NCBI RefSeq assembly: GCF_964355755.1
Contig: NC_092670.1
Location: forward strand, 14,246,795 to 14,310,794
Direction: 5' to 3'
DNA from: Antedon mediterranea
Lineage: Eukaryota; Animalia; Echinodermata
Length of the DNA stretch: 64,000 bases
The notes under the pieces are model-generated. The model saw nothing but the letters and a program-made list of their open reading frames with translations, was not told the DNA's origin and searched no databases. Position 1 is the first letter of the stretch. Each line of letters begins with the position of its first letter. The position numbers and the translations under genes are program-made. Positions 22,031 through 36,000 of this stretch are shown piece after piece.

Positions 22031-23984
22031 AAAATGAAAGAATAAACGGCTTTGCAATAACGTTGAAAAACAGATTACAATAGCCGGGATAATAGCATTC
22101 TTTTATTGCACAAATAAAAATTTTTCTATGAAATTATGCATAGTTTAATATAACAGAGCCGAGTGCCTTTTTGTGTGGTTCCGGTAGCGAGTAAAAGTAC
22201 GACAATCCCGCCATTTTCGGTTTGTTTAGCTTCAGTTTGTAAATTGCAATGGTGTCCAAATAGATGAAATTTGCATATGTTTTATGCTGAAATTTTTTTT
22301 TAAACATTTAATAAGCAGGGAGACAGCGAGGAGAAATTGAATTTACCTTGTAATAAATAATCAATTCATTGCACTTATCATAAAAAAAACCTACCCTTCC
22401 TCAATTTTAGATCTTCTTTTATACCTTATTCGGGCGATCGGTTTCGCCCCGGATTTAGTACACATCTAACACATTTTTAAGACTTAGTAAAATAATGTAT
22501 TACTTTAAAATTCACCTGTTTGATCATGGATGTATATGTCCACATGGTTTAATTATGTAAATAGTCGATTCTTAACAAGCATTATTAGCTCTTGTTTTTT
22601 AATAATGTTAATCTGCATAGAGTAAGCCGAGGCACAACCAGGACAACACGTCACAACGTTAGAATAAAGAATTAGCAGGGAAGAGTGATTTTACTCTTCC
22701 CTGCCATTATAGGTACGATGATGTAGGCATGAACAGCATGTAAGTATCCGGCATAATTGATGTAATTACTTTTGATTTTTCTAATTATTATTTCTCCTTT
22801 TTTACAATTGTAATCGTTGTTGGAGTTTGAATTGTAAATATCTCTATATTTTATAATTCTTTGTTTTTTTTTGTCTGATAGGCACCATAAAATCAGCTTA
22901 CGCTGACTGGGTAACCCTCTTGAAATAATGGTGAAATTAATAAAGAAATAATTGTCCTTAAGGAACCGTAGTTGTGTATGTCTTTGTTTTACCATATTAT
23001 TTAAACCGTGTCTGTGATCTAAGCGGCACCTCAATGGTTTTTATTGAGCACCACCAGTACATAAATCCATTTGATATGTGTACAGTACTTTGTAAAACAT
23101 TTATTTAGTATCTAGTTACAAAACATGTCTTGTGGTAAATACCTATTGAAATGGGCGAAACACTAGTACAATGAAAGCTGTCGACCCCTTTGTTATCTAA
23201 ATAAATTACAGTGTATATATTGAAGGCTTGGTTTACACTATTAGGCCTAAAATGCATGTGATTCTAAGTAAACTTATGACAATAGACTTTGCGGCGGGGC
23301 TGTTTCATGTCATAAATTTAGAAAGATTTAGGTTTTTTACTCTCACCCATTTAATTTTGGGATTAAAAAATGTAAATAGAAGGTGACGACTTTTCCCAAA
23401 TGTTCTTCCTTTTCTATTTTCCATCTACAAGCATGGAAGAGTGAGATTAAAATGATCTCACTTTTTCCTGATACAATTTTATAGGCCTATACTTTGTAAA
23501 ATGGCAATGTTAAAAATGACCCAACAACCCAAAGTTTCCAAATTGACTCCATTTAATATATGGAGGTGTAAATGTAGTTCTAATATGGCACCTCACGTCA
23601 CTCAGATGAAAATAAGCGCAACTGAGCAGTTGTTTGAAGGAGTGGAGACCATCATACGAATGAATAGGCGAAAAGTGTTTTTGTTGGTAAGTTATTATTT
23701 TTAATATTCCGTGTTACGAAACGCGACAAGTAGCCTACCTTATAGCTACTCCCATTTTGTCATTCTTTAAAATCAATAGAATAACATAATAGAAAAAGAA
23801 AATAATCCTTATTTTATAAAGATCTGTTAAAGGTTCACTGAAGCGAATATTATTTTAATTTTTTAGATATTGTTCACAATCACTCACCCATACCTATTTA
23901 AAGTTGAATGTATAAGTTGAAAATACTTGTGGTGATCGGTAGGAGTCTATTGGTGTATCGTGCTATCCAGGTGTAGTAACGAAA

Positions 23985-24054
23985 ATGTTGCAAATCATGT
24001 TAGTGAGATTATTAATTCCCCTTTTTGGACTTATCACTCTTGGACATTCCCAAA
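23985..24054 (+). CDS. Signal-peptide exon of the HYR gene (MLQIMLVRLLIPLFGLITLGHSQ)
   Basis: ATG in AAAATG context, hydrophobic core and a G-H-S|Q cleavage-like site. The phase-1 donor A|GTGAGT joins in frame to the phase-1 acceptor at 30832. Probable acceptor near 23866 and upstream non-coding exon donor near 23687. Confidence 0.72.
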
Positions 24055-27000
24055 GTGAGTATTGTATTATTTCATCAAAATTTATTTTATCGCTATTATT
24101 TAATTATTAGTAAACCTGAGCGTATGAAAGCGACATACTGGACCCCTATTAGGGCCCTTGTCTCCTCCAGCCTAGAGCTTGGTTCTCACTTGGGCGCAAT
24201 GACGAGGCACAACGCAGGTGACTTTACAAAGCGATAGTTGGGATGATCCGTCGCTTGTGATTGGTCAAAGTACTTGCGTTGCGCGTCCTTTCGTTGCGTC
24301 CTGATGGGGGAACATCATGTTTAAGACCGCTTGTTTAGCTCGCAAAGAGCATACTTCCCATCCCAAACTCGTACATACGACGTTTACCCAGTTCCAGTTC
24401 TATGTCGTTTTCGTAGTCGCTTCAAATTTGAGAACGCGCGATAAATTGGAATGAAATTTTACACAAGTAGGCCTATACATGATTCAATACATTTGAAATT
24501 AGAATGCCAAAAGTAATTTAATGGCAGTACCTATAAACAAAAAAAATAGGAACCAGGGAGATCTTCATTATCCGGGTACAACCAATCAATATGAAATGAG
24601 AACATACAAATATACATATTAAAATAATATTATAGGCCTATTCGTTCACGGTCGGTTTTTATCCTAAATAATCCGAAATCATGACATTTATAATACATTA
24701 GACATATTAGGGTGTGGTTGTGACCATGAGGTGTTGTAGTCACCGTCATAAAGAAGACTTCTATAACACAACACATGGGAATTTCCCCAACGAGTACCGG
24801 TCATCAGCTCCCTATTGAATACGAACGACGTCACATCGCTGGTCGAACTTCATTATCGGTAATAATAGAAATGAAAAACCCGGATAATTATTTTTGAAAG
24901 AAAATCATTATTGTCAAATATAGTAGGCGTTTGTTAAAAATTAAATACAATAGACCTATAGATATAATAAATACAGAATTTATAGTTTAAAAAACTATCA
25001 TAGAAGTAATGAAAAATGAAAACTCCCTTATATGATTCGTGTCAATTCATCTTAAAGTTCTGTCTACACTATCAAACTTTATGTGACAACAAAATGTGAT
25101 GTGCCCATATATGGACATGGTGATGTCATATCACTACCATACTTAAACATATCACTACCATAAATACAGTACGGTATATTAAAAACATCTTGTAAGTATT
25201 GCATAATGTATAATAATAAATAATTTAATTTACAGGACCCCAACGGATATAAACCTAGGTAATTGGTTTTTTTGGGCTATCCTGGTCGAAATCAACTTAA
25301 TTGTTTTATTCTTAATGTTCATAACTTTATTCTGCTGCTTACTTTTTAACTGAACGCTTTTTAATATTCTATTGTCTTTTTATAACTTGTATTTTTAATG
25401 ACTTTTTTAACTATGGTACTGAACGGTATTCTGTTTTAATGCCGTTTTTTATGCCATTTTTAAACCATTTTTAAACCATCATTTTAGACATTTGCATTGT
25501 TTTAGATTGTTTATAACATTTTTTCCATCTTTTTAATTGTGAGTCTCAAGTTTTATCTTTTTGTTATGTAATCATGTATTGTATGTTGATTTTGACCGAA
25601 TAATAAATGAATGAATGTATATTCATTTTAATTTTCCATTTTTAAAATCTGTAACGATTTCATATTTATTCTATTAATATTTGAGCATATGAATTTCTGA
25701 AATCAATATAATTGTTTTAATTTTTTGGATTACTTTTTTTTTTATTACTGAATGCGACATCGTGCCACTCGGCTGCGCAGTGTAAAGTATAAAAAAAAAT
25801 AATAACTTTGCTTAGTTGCTTATAAGGCCAGTTCCCATAATGAGCATTTACGAAGCGACACGCGTTAAAAGTCAAATCGATTCGCTTGAAAACTTGAAAA
25901 AGTTGCCCGCGCATGAATGGAGCAACTCGACACGCGAATTCACTTCGCGAGCTTCGAATTCATCGCATTGAAGTTGAACATCGACTGCAGGGGTGGCGCC
26001 AGGATCTTCCCGATGCGGGGGCTACATTCCCCGACGAGGGGGCTATACGAGCGAAGCGAGCATCACAAGGCTGGGGGCCAGGGGGCCGCCAAGGGCCCCT
26101 GGTGGGGGTCCAGGGGGCGAAGCCCCCGGAAGCAACGCGTTCTAGCGTCATTTGAGGTCATTTTAATCAGATTTAGGGTAGCCATTTTTTCCATTTTTTA
26201 TAATGCATCGATGCGCGATTACTGTTTCAATCCATATTTTTCAATTTAAAAAATAAAAGTTCAAAGAAAATTTAGAAAAATAGAGTTGGAGGTCCTGGAA
26301 ATTGGACTTATTATACTTCAAAACATGAAACAAAATATATAAGTCCCTATCATGGTTGTGACTGAGCTAAGAAATGTTTGAAAAATAGAGATGTTAGGTC
26401 CCGGAAAATGCACTTCTTGTACTTCGAAATATGACCAGCTTTATTGTTGGGGCTGAGCTAAGAAAATGTTTAAAACTAGAGCTGCAGGTCTTCAAAAAAT
26501 TGCATTTTATACTTTGGAAACATCAGGCCCAGAGGCTTAAAAAACGCAAGCGTAGACCTTTTTCAGTCGGGGAAATTTTGTATTTTTTGTATTTGTATTC
26601 ATGACATACAGGACATTGAAAATTTAATAACTTAATGTTGGCTAAGCGAAAATGGCATGTTTTTTTGTTTAGTAATGGATGAAATATTTATTTTAGGTGC
26701 CCCACGGTACAGAAGGTTACTTGTAAATTAAAAAATTGGTGAACATATTTTTTTTTGCTGTAGTGTAGCGTACGTCGACACAGTACACGACGTAACCGTC
26801 GGTAAACTTCGCCTGGAAAATAACTACAGTACACATTTTGATATGATATCACGACCCAACGTTGAACGATTCGTACAAAGGGATACCGCCAGACAAGTGC
26901 GTACCTATAGCTATTGTTTAGTACAGTATTAAGTTAGATCGCTGGCAATAATGAATGCATATAAAGTGCATAATATCACTCTGACGTACTCTCACGGTCA

Positions 27001-30000
27001 ATGAAACGTCGAGGTTTTCTAGGCGCTGAAGCTACGAAGTGAACGCGAACGAATTATATTCCCCGACAAAAAGTACCCGAACCGTCGGTAAACTTCGCCT
27101 GGAAAATAACTACATTACACATTTTGGTCCCTGGATGGAACTTGATATCACGCGTCTCGACCCAACGTTGAACGATTCGTACAAAGGGATACCGCCAGAC
27201 AAGTGCGTACCTAGCTAATGTTTAGTAGTAAGTTAGATCGCTGGCAATAATGAATGCATATAAATTGCATAATAGCACTCTGACGTACTATCACGGTCAA
27301 TGAGACGTCGCGGTTTTCTAGGCGCTGAAACTACCAAGTGAACGCGAACGTTTTTTACTGTATATTATATTCCCCGACAAAAAGTACCCGTGTTCCCTTC
27401 GGTAACCGTCGGTAAACTTCGCCTGGAAAATAACTACATTACACATTTTGGTCCCTGGATGGAACATGATATCACGCGTCTCGACCCAACGGTGAACGAT
27501 TCGTACAAAGAGATACCGCCAAACAAGTGCGTACTAGCTATTGTTTAGTAGTTAGATCTCTGGCAATAATGAATGCATAAAAGTGCATAAAAGCCCTCTG
27601 ACGTACTCTCACGGTCAATGGAACGTCGTGGTTTTCTAGGCGCTGAAGCTATATGAAGTGAACGCGAACGTTTTTTACTGTATGTTATATTCCCCGACAA
27701 AAAGTACCCGTGTTCCCCGACGGGGGGGCTAGGCTCCCCGACGAGGGGGCTAGAGCCCCCGTAGCCCCCCCGCTGGCGCCACCACTGATCGACTGACGAA
27801 TTTATTTCATCTTCCCACTGAAATGGTTCGTCGCGTCAAAATTACGCTTCGGTAAAAAAATATAATCGTATACTACACTGAAAATACGGTAAAAAGTAGT
27901 TCTTACTACAGTATACTACAGTGTGTGGTATAGGCCTATAGAAGTATGATGAACTCGACTCTACCTGTAACGAGTACAGATTATATGCGAGATTATTTAC
28001 GGATACGATCTCATTTATTGTATTATTCAATGAATGAAGCCAATTATTTTTGGACCTTGAAGTCCATTTAGAAACTCATGAGTTATATTGACAACAACGC
28101 AATTGGATAGAAAGATTTTCGTAAGAGGGATTAAAACACAATTGAAATACTTCAATAATAATATATAAAAAAAGAAACTCTCAAAGATAAATATAGAGAA
28201 TTCTTTTGATTTAAACAAAATTGTAATGTGTATCTGCTTATCAGAGCAAAACAAATTATCTTGCATTATTAGGTGTAGTTTAATACCGCAGTTTAAACCA
28301 TGCCACTCTTTCATTGTGCGTGAATATTTATAGAACGCGTGGGTTACGTAATAGCCTACATATCGATATTATCTATATGAACGAAATTAGCCTATTTTCA
28401 TTATACGTTGTAGGCCTACTTGAGAATAGGAATTATTTCCACTCGTATGAATGAATGAACAAAAATGATGTAACACTTGCAGCTTACACTAGTGTATGGT
28501 GCAATTATTGTGGTACATCATAATATCATTAATAATAATAATGAGTAAAGTTAGGAGTTTCTCGATGTTTTGGTTGTTGTGCTACTACACCGTCTTCTGG
28601 CTACAGTTAAGTGAGCTTCGTCGAGTCGGTAGACGAAGACGAACGTTTAAATTATAATAACTGCCTGTCGAAATTTGTACTAACTTCTGTTTCGCTTTAT
28701 AATAACCGCTGTCGCATTTTAATAATGACGTAAGCTGTCACGTTTTGTGTAATAAATGCCGTTGCACATTGTAATAACTGCATGTCGCACTTTGTAATCT
28801 GCAGGTCGCACTTTGTAATAACATAAGCTGTCACACGTTGTAGGCCTAATAAATGCTGTCGCACTTTGTAATAACTGCATGTCGCACTTTGTATAACAAC
28901 GAAAGCTGTCACGCTTTGTATTAACTGAATGTCGCACATTCTAAAAACTGCATGTCGCATTTTGTAATAAAGTAAGCTGTCACGCTTTGTACTAACTGTC
29001 GTCGCACTTTTATAACTGCACTTTGTAATTACTGCCGTCGCACTTTAATAACTGCATGTCGCACTTTGTAATAACTGCCGTCGCACTTTGTAATAAGCTA
29101 GTCACGCTTTGTAATAAATGCTGTCGTACTTTGTCACAACTGCGTGTGACAATAAGCTAGTCACGCTTTGTAGTAACCGCTGTCGTACTTTTTCATAACT
29201 GCATTTTGCACTTTGTAGCGTAAGCTGTCACGCTTTGTAATAAAGTATATATATAAATGATATTTCTATCGAAGGAATTCAACTGTATTTTTTAAAAGAT
29301 TGTATTGTTGACTCGAGTACAAAGGGTTTAACCGTACTATGTACAGTATTTTATTCCAACACAATGCCTTTTATTGTGTGTGAATAGGCGTTACCGTTTG
29401 GATGCACAATAGCTGAGTAACTTTTCAACTCTTTTCCCCCTTGGCGATAGTCAGTCAATGGCCATGGAACTAGGACTACTATAATGGTACAATTTACACG
29501 AGTCCTTGCGACAATTTATTACACCATGGACATATGTAGGCCTGTAAAATGAGATTGTTAATGTATGCGTAATCAATTCGTTAAATTCAAGCGTTCACAA
29601 ATGCTTTCATTCCAAAATTAGGCTAATAATCAGTGTAATTAATAATTACGGGAATGTCCATAGTGTCGGCGTGTCGTGATAAACTCTCCCGGCCCTTTTT
29701 CTTAAAATGGAAATATAAACCATGGGCTTTTAACAGTAGGCCTACATTCATATTTACGTCATTTTTTAACAAAGTTACAATGTCATCGCATGCCGTTTAT
29801 AGCTATCAACAAAGCAAATGCATGGGTGACTTAAATATATTTGCGTCAAGTTTTTTGTTAATAGTTGATTAATAGTTGATTAATAGTTGCGAATTTTTAC
29901 ATATTTTAATATATAGTATGTAGACTATTTTTCAAACGGTCTCAGATGAAATGAAAAAAAAAAAACAAATCACTATTTGTAATGTAGCAAACTGTATTGA

Positions 30001-33000
30001 GATTTTGTCTGAATATCACTCAGGCGATTTGGGAATAAAGGAGAACATCTGTAAAGAAGACACCTTTGCTGTGTCCCAAATGAGGGTAACGGGATGATGC
30101 GGCCCTGAAGCAATTCGACGCCGAGATGATTCGCCCAGGTAGATTCAGCCCTGAGACGATTCGGCCCACTTATATCGGCTTTAATATGCATTTAATAAGC
30201 ATTCTATACTGTATTTATTTATTTATTTTTTTATTTATTCATTCTTAATTTCAGATCCATAGAAATCAAAACCAAAATATTTATATAATGCTGAGATAAA
30301 GCATCAGAATAAATAAAAATATAAATAAATTATTTTACACCATGGTACAACTTTGACACTTCAACAATACTATTGATTGTTGTAAATAAGACATTATCAC
30401 TAAGCTTAATTTGTTTTGCTAACGTTGCGGTAGATTTTTTTCAAGTAGAAACCAAGCTTTTAAAGCTTCTCAATAATCATAAACAGCTTGCAGTGAGAAT
30501 AAAACAATGTCTATATAAAAAAAGGATCATTTAATTCATTCTCAGACATTGTCTTTTAAAATGCTTTATTACTAACATTGAATACATCATTTACAGCCGT
30601 ACAACATAAACGGTAATAACAAAATATCACGAAGCATTAAACAATTCACAGAAAGAAAATTACAGCAAAGCCCTGCTGTTTTTGGGTAATCATACACACT
30701 GTTTATCACAGTGACAGTCTACATTGATAAACAAGTCATACATTTGCAGTAGAAAATGTAGTTACTGCAGTAATTGCAGTAGATTGATGTTGACATGATT
30801 CCTTACGGCACAATGTTTCCTTCTCTTTCAGTCACGTTTGATAATAATTGTCCAACAGTAGATGAGACAATAAATAACACTGGTCAATTTCCATATGCAT
30901 ACACTATCCCAGTGATTACAGCAACCTATTCAAACGGAATGACTGCTGCAGACGTTCAGGTGACATCATCACCTGCCTATACTCCAGGTGGTGTTGTCAA
31001 TTTTGGAGTAAATGCTGTTCTTATTATGGTGTACACAGCATCAGCCATTGGTGAGGCTGATGTAACCTGTGAATTCTCTGTGACATTTTTGGGTATGTAA
31101 AGCTTAAAAATTCATCTCTTCATCTTAATGTAATGTTCCATGTATTCACAAAAAATATATATATATATTGGCAAGGACACAAACTCTTAGGGCAGCCTAT
31201 GTATCACAAAGACCAGTTATGAAAAAACGTCCGCCAATGAAACGTCAATATTACAGGTAAGTTCCAAATACACGGTGTCATAATTATGCGTCATAATGTG
31301 AAATCTATTTTATCACATTCACTATTATGTGACGTTGTCACATTTAATACACTGTGTGTACAATTTACTATGAAGCTGATTGTAAATGTTCATCTGGTTT
31401 GTAATTAACAATAAAAGTTAAAGAATCTTCAAAGTATTTTAATTTTAAAAAATATCAAAAAAGGTAAATCCTCACTATTTTATCATTTTGCTTGAATCCA
31501 GTTTTATTTTACAATTGTATTTTAGGAATTTCCTCTTTTTAGACTAATTTATTACTATATTTGTAAACATGTTCTGAACAATTTCATTCATTTCCTTTTA
31601 TTTGTCACTCCTTTTTAACATGTTAAATATTGTCTTTCTTTGTATTGTGATTTTAAAGTGTTATTGTATGTTTTTTTATGTCTTTTATGAATGTTTTTAA
31701 TCTATTGCTAAAAAAACAGGACCATGTAAACCAAGTGCAATATATATACCCGATATGTTTTTATCCTGTTTTTATCCTAAATAAATAAATGTGTAAACAA
31801 TTCTTTTATCAAACCAATGGAAGAATTACGAGATTAGATGGCAAATACCTTCTTTTCTTGACGGTTCACGAACAACTTCTTCAGAAGAATGAATACCTGC
31901 AATTAGACAGATTGAACTCTGGAGGACCAATTCTGTCTAAATATACAGGTTCATATAATATGTGACTCAGTTGGTATAAAAGCCAACTTCACAGATATAT
32001 ATTTGGATACGATCGAAGAAGACAAAAGACCATCAATACAACCGGACGAAGGCGCACACCAACTGAGTCACAATTGACCCTGTGTAATTAGACAGAATTG
32101 GCCCTCTGGAGGTCAGTCTGTCTAATTACAGAAGAAGTTGTTCGTCGAAAGGAGCAACGTCGAAACCGTCAATAAAAGAAGGTATAGGTTTATACCAGGG
32201 AGTTGTTATTAGTAAGTATTAGTATTAGTAATAACAACAATAACAACAATAACTAATAACAACTCCCTGGGTATACCATCTAATCTCGTAATTCGTACCA
32301 TTGGTTTGATAAAAAGGAATTTTTACACACTTTTAAGATTTCATAATAATGGTATGTATGTTATGCGCGATTTGAACGATTTGCGCAATTTAAAATTGCG
32401 CAAAGAATTCTTGCGCAATTTGAAATTGCGCAGGGATTTTCTTGCGCAATATTAAATTGCGCAATCAACTTGCGCAATTTGAAATTGCGCAAGAAAATTC
32501 TTGCGCAATTTCAAATTGCGCTGCACAATTTGTAAATTGCGCAAGATAGTTCTTGCGCAATATGACACCTTTGCGCAATTTGAAAACGAACGGTTTGTTA
32601 TTTTTGTTATTGTACTCATTTGTTGTTGAGAATGGTACCGAAAGGTCGATCTTTTTTGTCATTAAATTTAATTTTTAAGTTAAATAGTAAACGTCTAATA
32701 ATTCGTAATAATTATTGTTTCTAAAAAAAATCCAATCGTGATTAGTCTTATTAATCGTCATTAGTACTGATATTTGAATTGAAATTATTATCTATTGGTA
32801 TTTATTTATGCCTTCTCCTCATATTATGTGTGAATATGGTATTTTATAGAACCATTGGGAATTCGAGATTTTTTTTATTCGGAAAAAAAAATTCGGGAGG
32901 GAGGCTCCCGGGAGGGTAAGGAAATGCGATATTATCTTCAATTTTGAATCATTCTTAGAAATTACTAAAAAAATATGGGTGTGCATGATTTCACAATCTG

Positions 33001-36000
33001 TCGAAAAACCTTGCGCAATTTGCAGATTACTTGCGCAATTTAATACGTTGCTTGCGCAATTTGAAACACATGTTTCAATTCAAATTGCGCAAGGAATTTT
33101 TTGCGCAATTTTAAATTGCTCAAGAAAATGCTTGCGCAATTTGAAATTGCGCAAATCGTTCAAATCGCGCATAACATGTATACCACACGAATCTGTATTC
33201 ACGGTGCTGTCACACCAAAATTAGTCCGGGCCAAAATCGGTCCGGCGGACCAGTTTTGGCTGCCAAAATCAGTCCGGGGGACCATTTATGGCTGCCAAAA
33301 CCTGTCGGCCTGGATAAAATCGGTCCGGGCAGTAGGACTGTTTTTGGCCGCCAAATATGGTCCGGTCTTACAAATATATGGTGCGCAAAATGAGTCATAA
33401 TGTATATAATCATTAAAAAAAGGCCATGATTAGTCATTATATTGAAAACTACGGGGTTTTATTTGTTATTTTAATATTATAAATTAAGCCTGTTTTTGTT
33501 ATTATCATTATTAGTAGTAACTCATCAATAATTAGTACTAATTGTTAGACTTTTTGTATACAATGTATCTCTGCCTGTTTTAATCCATTTTGTTCTTTTT
33601 TAACATCTTCGTTTCCCCATGATGTTAAAAACAATTTAATTTATTAATTATTTATGGTTAATCAATCAATATATCAATTCAATACAATTATTATAAAACA
33701 ATTATCCAATATTGATTAGGCTGAGGAAGGAAAAAGGCCTCAATCATAAATAAAATCTAGCTGGCAATATCAGCGTCTCATACCCGTTCGTGTGAGTGTT
33801 TGGCCTAGGCCTACATCCACTTCCAATGCTTGTGATTTGGTTGTGTTATGTCTGATAAGTAATGACATATCCAAATATATTTTGGCGCTACTGCAGTTTC
33901 GCACCACACCGTTATATCTTCAATTTCTCACCTAAACTTTCGTTTTTTACACTCACAACATAATATTATGTAACATGTTTATACGATTCGACCACTTACG
34001 AAGTAATTTTTTTTAAATAACAATACTTTTCAAAACATTTTAAACAATACTGAACTCGCTGTCAACACACTGCGAAATGTTCGCCATCTTATATTTATCA
34101 CTTAATTGCCAGAATTTATGCTTCATTTTACCCCAAAAATTGTAGAAACTATAGAGGGCAGTGTTATAAAATCCGATTACACGTACATATAGGCCTACCC
34201 TATTTAGTTTTGAAAAGCAAGAAATGTTTTCAGCTGGCGAAATAAAGGTTAAATTAATATTTAATTATTAGTATTACTATTATTATTTATATTAATGGTT
34301 CCTATCAATGTTTTATGTACGGACTCATATCGTCGCCGTTTTGATATGTACAGTTGGTTCTTTATAAAACCACTCTTTGCAGTTTAAAAATAAAAACAGA
34401 AAATAAAACATACATTGATTTCTGGCAATTTTCTGAATCTAAAATGGCCACAGTTCAATCGAAGTTTTCGCGAAAAAAGGAGCTGTTTTGAAAGGCATTT
34501 TTTATTGTGATAAAGGTAATATAACGGTGGCTAAATCATGGGAACATGTTACATAATGGCCCAAAATTGTATGATGTGAGTGCGAGAAAAAAATGAAGCA
34601 AGAAATCCAAGATATAACAGTGTGGTGCGAAACTGCAGTAGCGCCATATATTTTTCTGTTGTGATGATACACATGATATGATTTTAATATATGAAAATAA
34701 CCTGTTATTATTTTATCTGAAGAAGACAATACACAGCAAGCGGTATATTGGTAATTGCGTATCCTTACACAGCAGCAACCATCATGTCATATTATATGAG
34801 AGAAATTCTCAATGGTTTTCTGGCAGACAGCTGTTCGGCTGATTGGTTGCTTTACCTTACCATGCACGAACCTCAACGTGGTTCGATATACATGGTTATT
34901 TATTGTTGTTCGTGGTGCCTGTCAGCAGACACAATGCTGCATAGTGGTTGTTATTATCAGAAAATAATCTGGTATGTTCACTATAATATCTCTAGGCCTA
35001 TGCAGGCCCGTATCCAGGGGTGGCGCCAGGATCTTCCCGACGCGGGGGCTACATTCCCCGACGAGGGGGGCTATGCGAGCATCACTAGGCTGGGGGCCAG
35101 GGGGCCGCCAAGGGCCCCCGGTGGGGGTCCAGGGGGCGAAGCCCCCGGAAGCAACGCGTTCTAGCGTCATTTGAGGTTATTTTAATCAGATTTAGGGTAG
35201 CCATTTTTTCCATTTTTTATAATGCATAAATAAAATACTGCGTGCAAAAAAACGATGCGCGATGACTGTTTCAATCCATATTTTTCAATTTAAAAAATAA
35301 AAGTTCAAAGAAAATTTTGAAAAATAGAGTTGGAGGTCCCGGAAATTGGACTTATTATACTTCAAAACATGAAACAAAATATATCAAGTCCCTATCAAGA
35401 GGTTGTGACTGAGCTAAGAAATGTTTGAAAAATAGAGATGTTAGGTCCCGGAAAATGCACTTTTTGTACTTCGAAATATGACCAGCTTTATTGTTGGGGC
35501 TGAGCTAAGAAACTGTTTAAAACTAGAGCTGCAGGTCTTCAAAAAATTGCATTTTATACTTCGGAAACATCAGGCCTAGAGGCTTAAAAAACGCAAGCGT
35601 AGACCTTTTTCAGTCGGGTAAATAAGTTTATTCCTCCCAAGTGTATGCGTGCGTACCATCTGGACTTCCGAGTGGTGAGAAATTCATGACATACAGGACA
35701 TTGAAAATGTAATAACTTAGCTATAATAAGATGTTGGCTAAGCGAAAATGGCATGTTTTTTGTTTAGTAATGGATGAAAAATTTATTTTAGGTGCCCCAC
35801 GGTACAGAAGGTTACTAATTGTAAATTTAAAAAAATGGTGAACATACGAACAATTAACGTAATTCGTTTTTGCTGTAGTGTAGCGTACGTCGACGCAGTA
35901 CACGATGTAACCGTCAGTAAACTTTGCCTGGAAAATAAATACAGTACACATTTTGGTCCCTGGATGGAACATGATATCACGCGTCTCGACCCAACGTTGA

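Noticed and set aside
25913-26249. GC-rich ORFs at the hAT element ends (also 34748-35174 and 36380-36730)
   Set aside because: They arise from GC-rich subterminal sequence of a non-autonomous element and show no transposase motifs.
26979-27012. Hammerhead-like CTGACGT..GAAACGTC in the hAT internal repeat
   Set aside because: The core is CTGACGT rather than CTGANGA, there is no stem II, and GAAA is not conserved among units.
28665-29243. Repeat-with-variable-linker pattern resembling a CRISPR array
   Set aside because: Linkers are only a few bp and not unique spacers, the repeats are degenerate, there are no cas genes, and the context is a eukaryotic intron.
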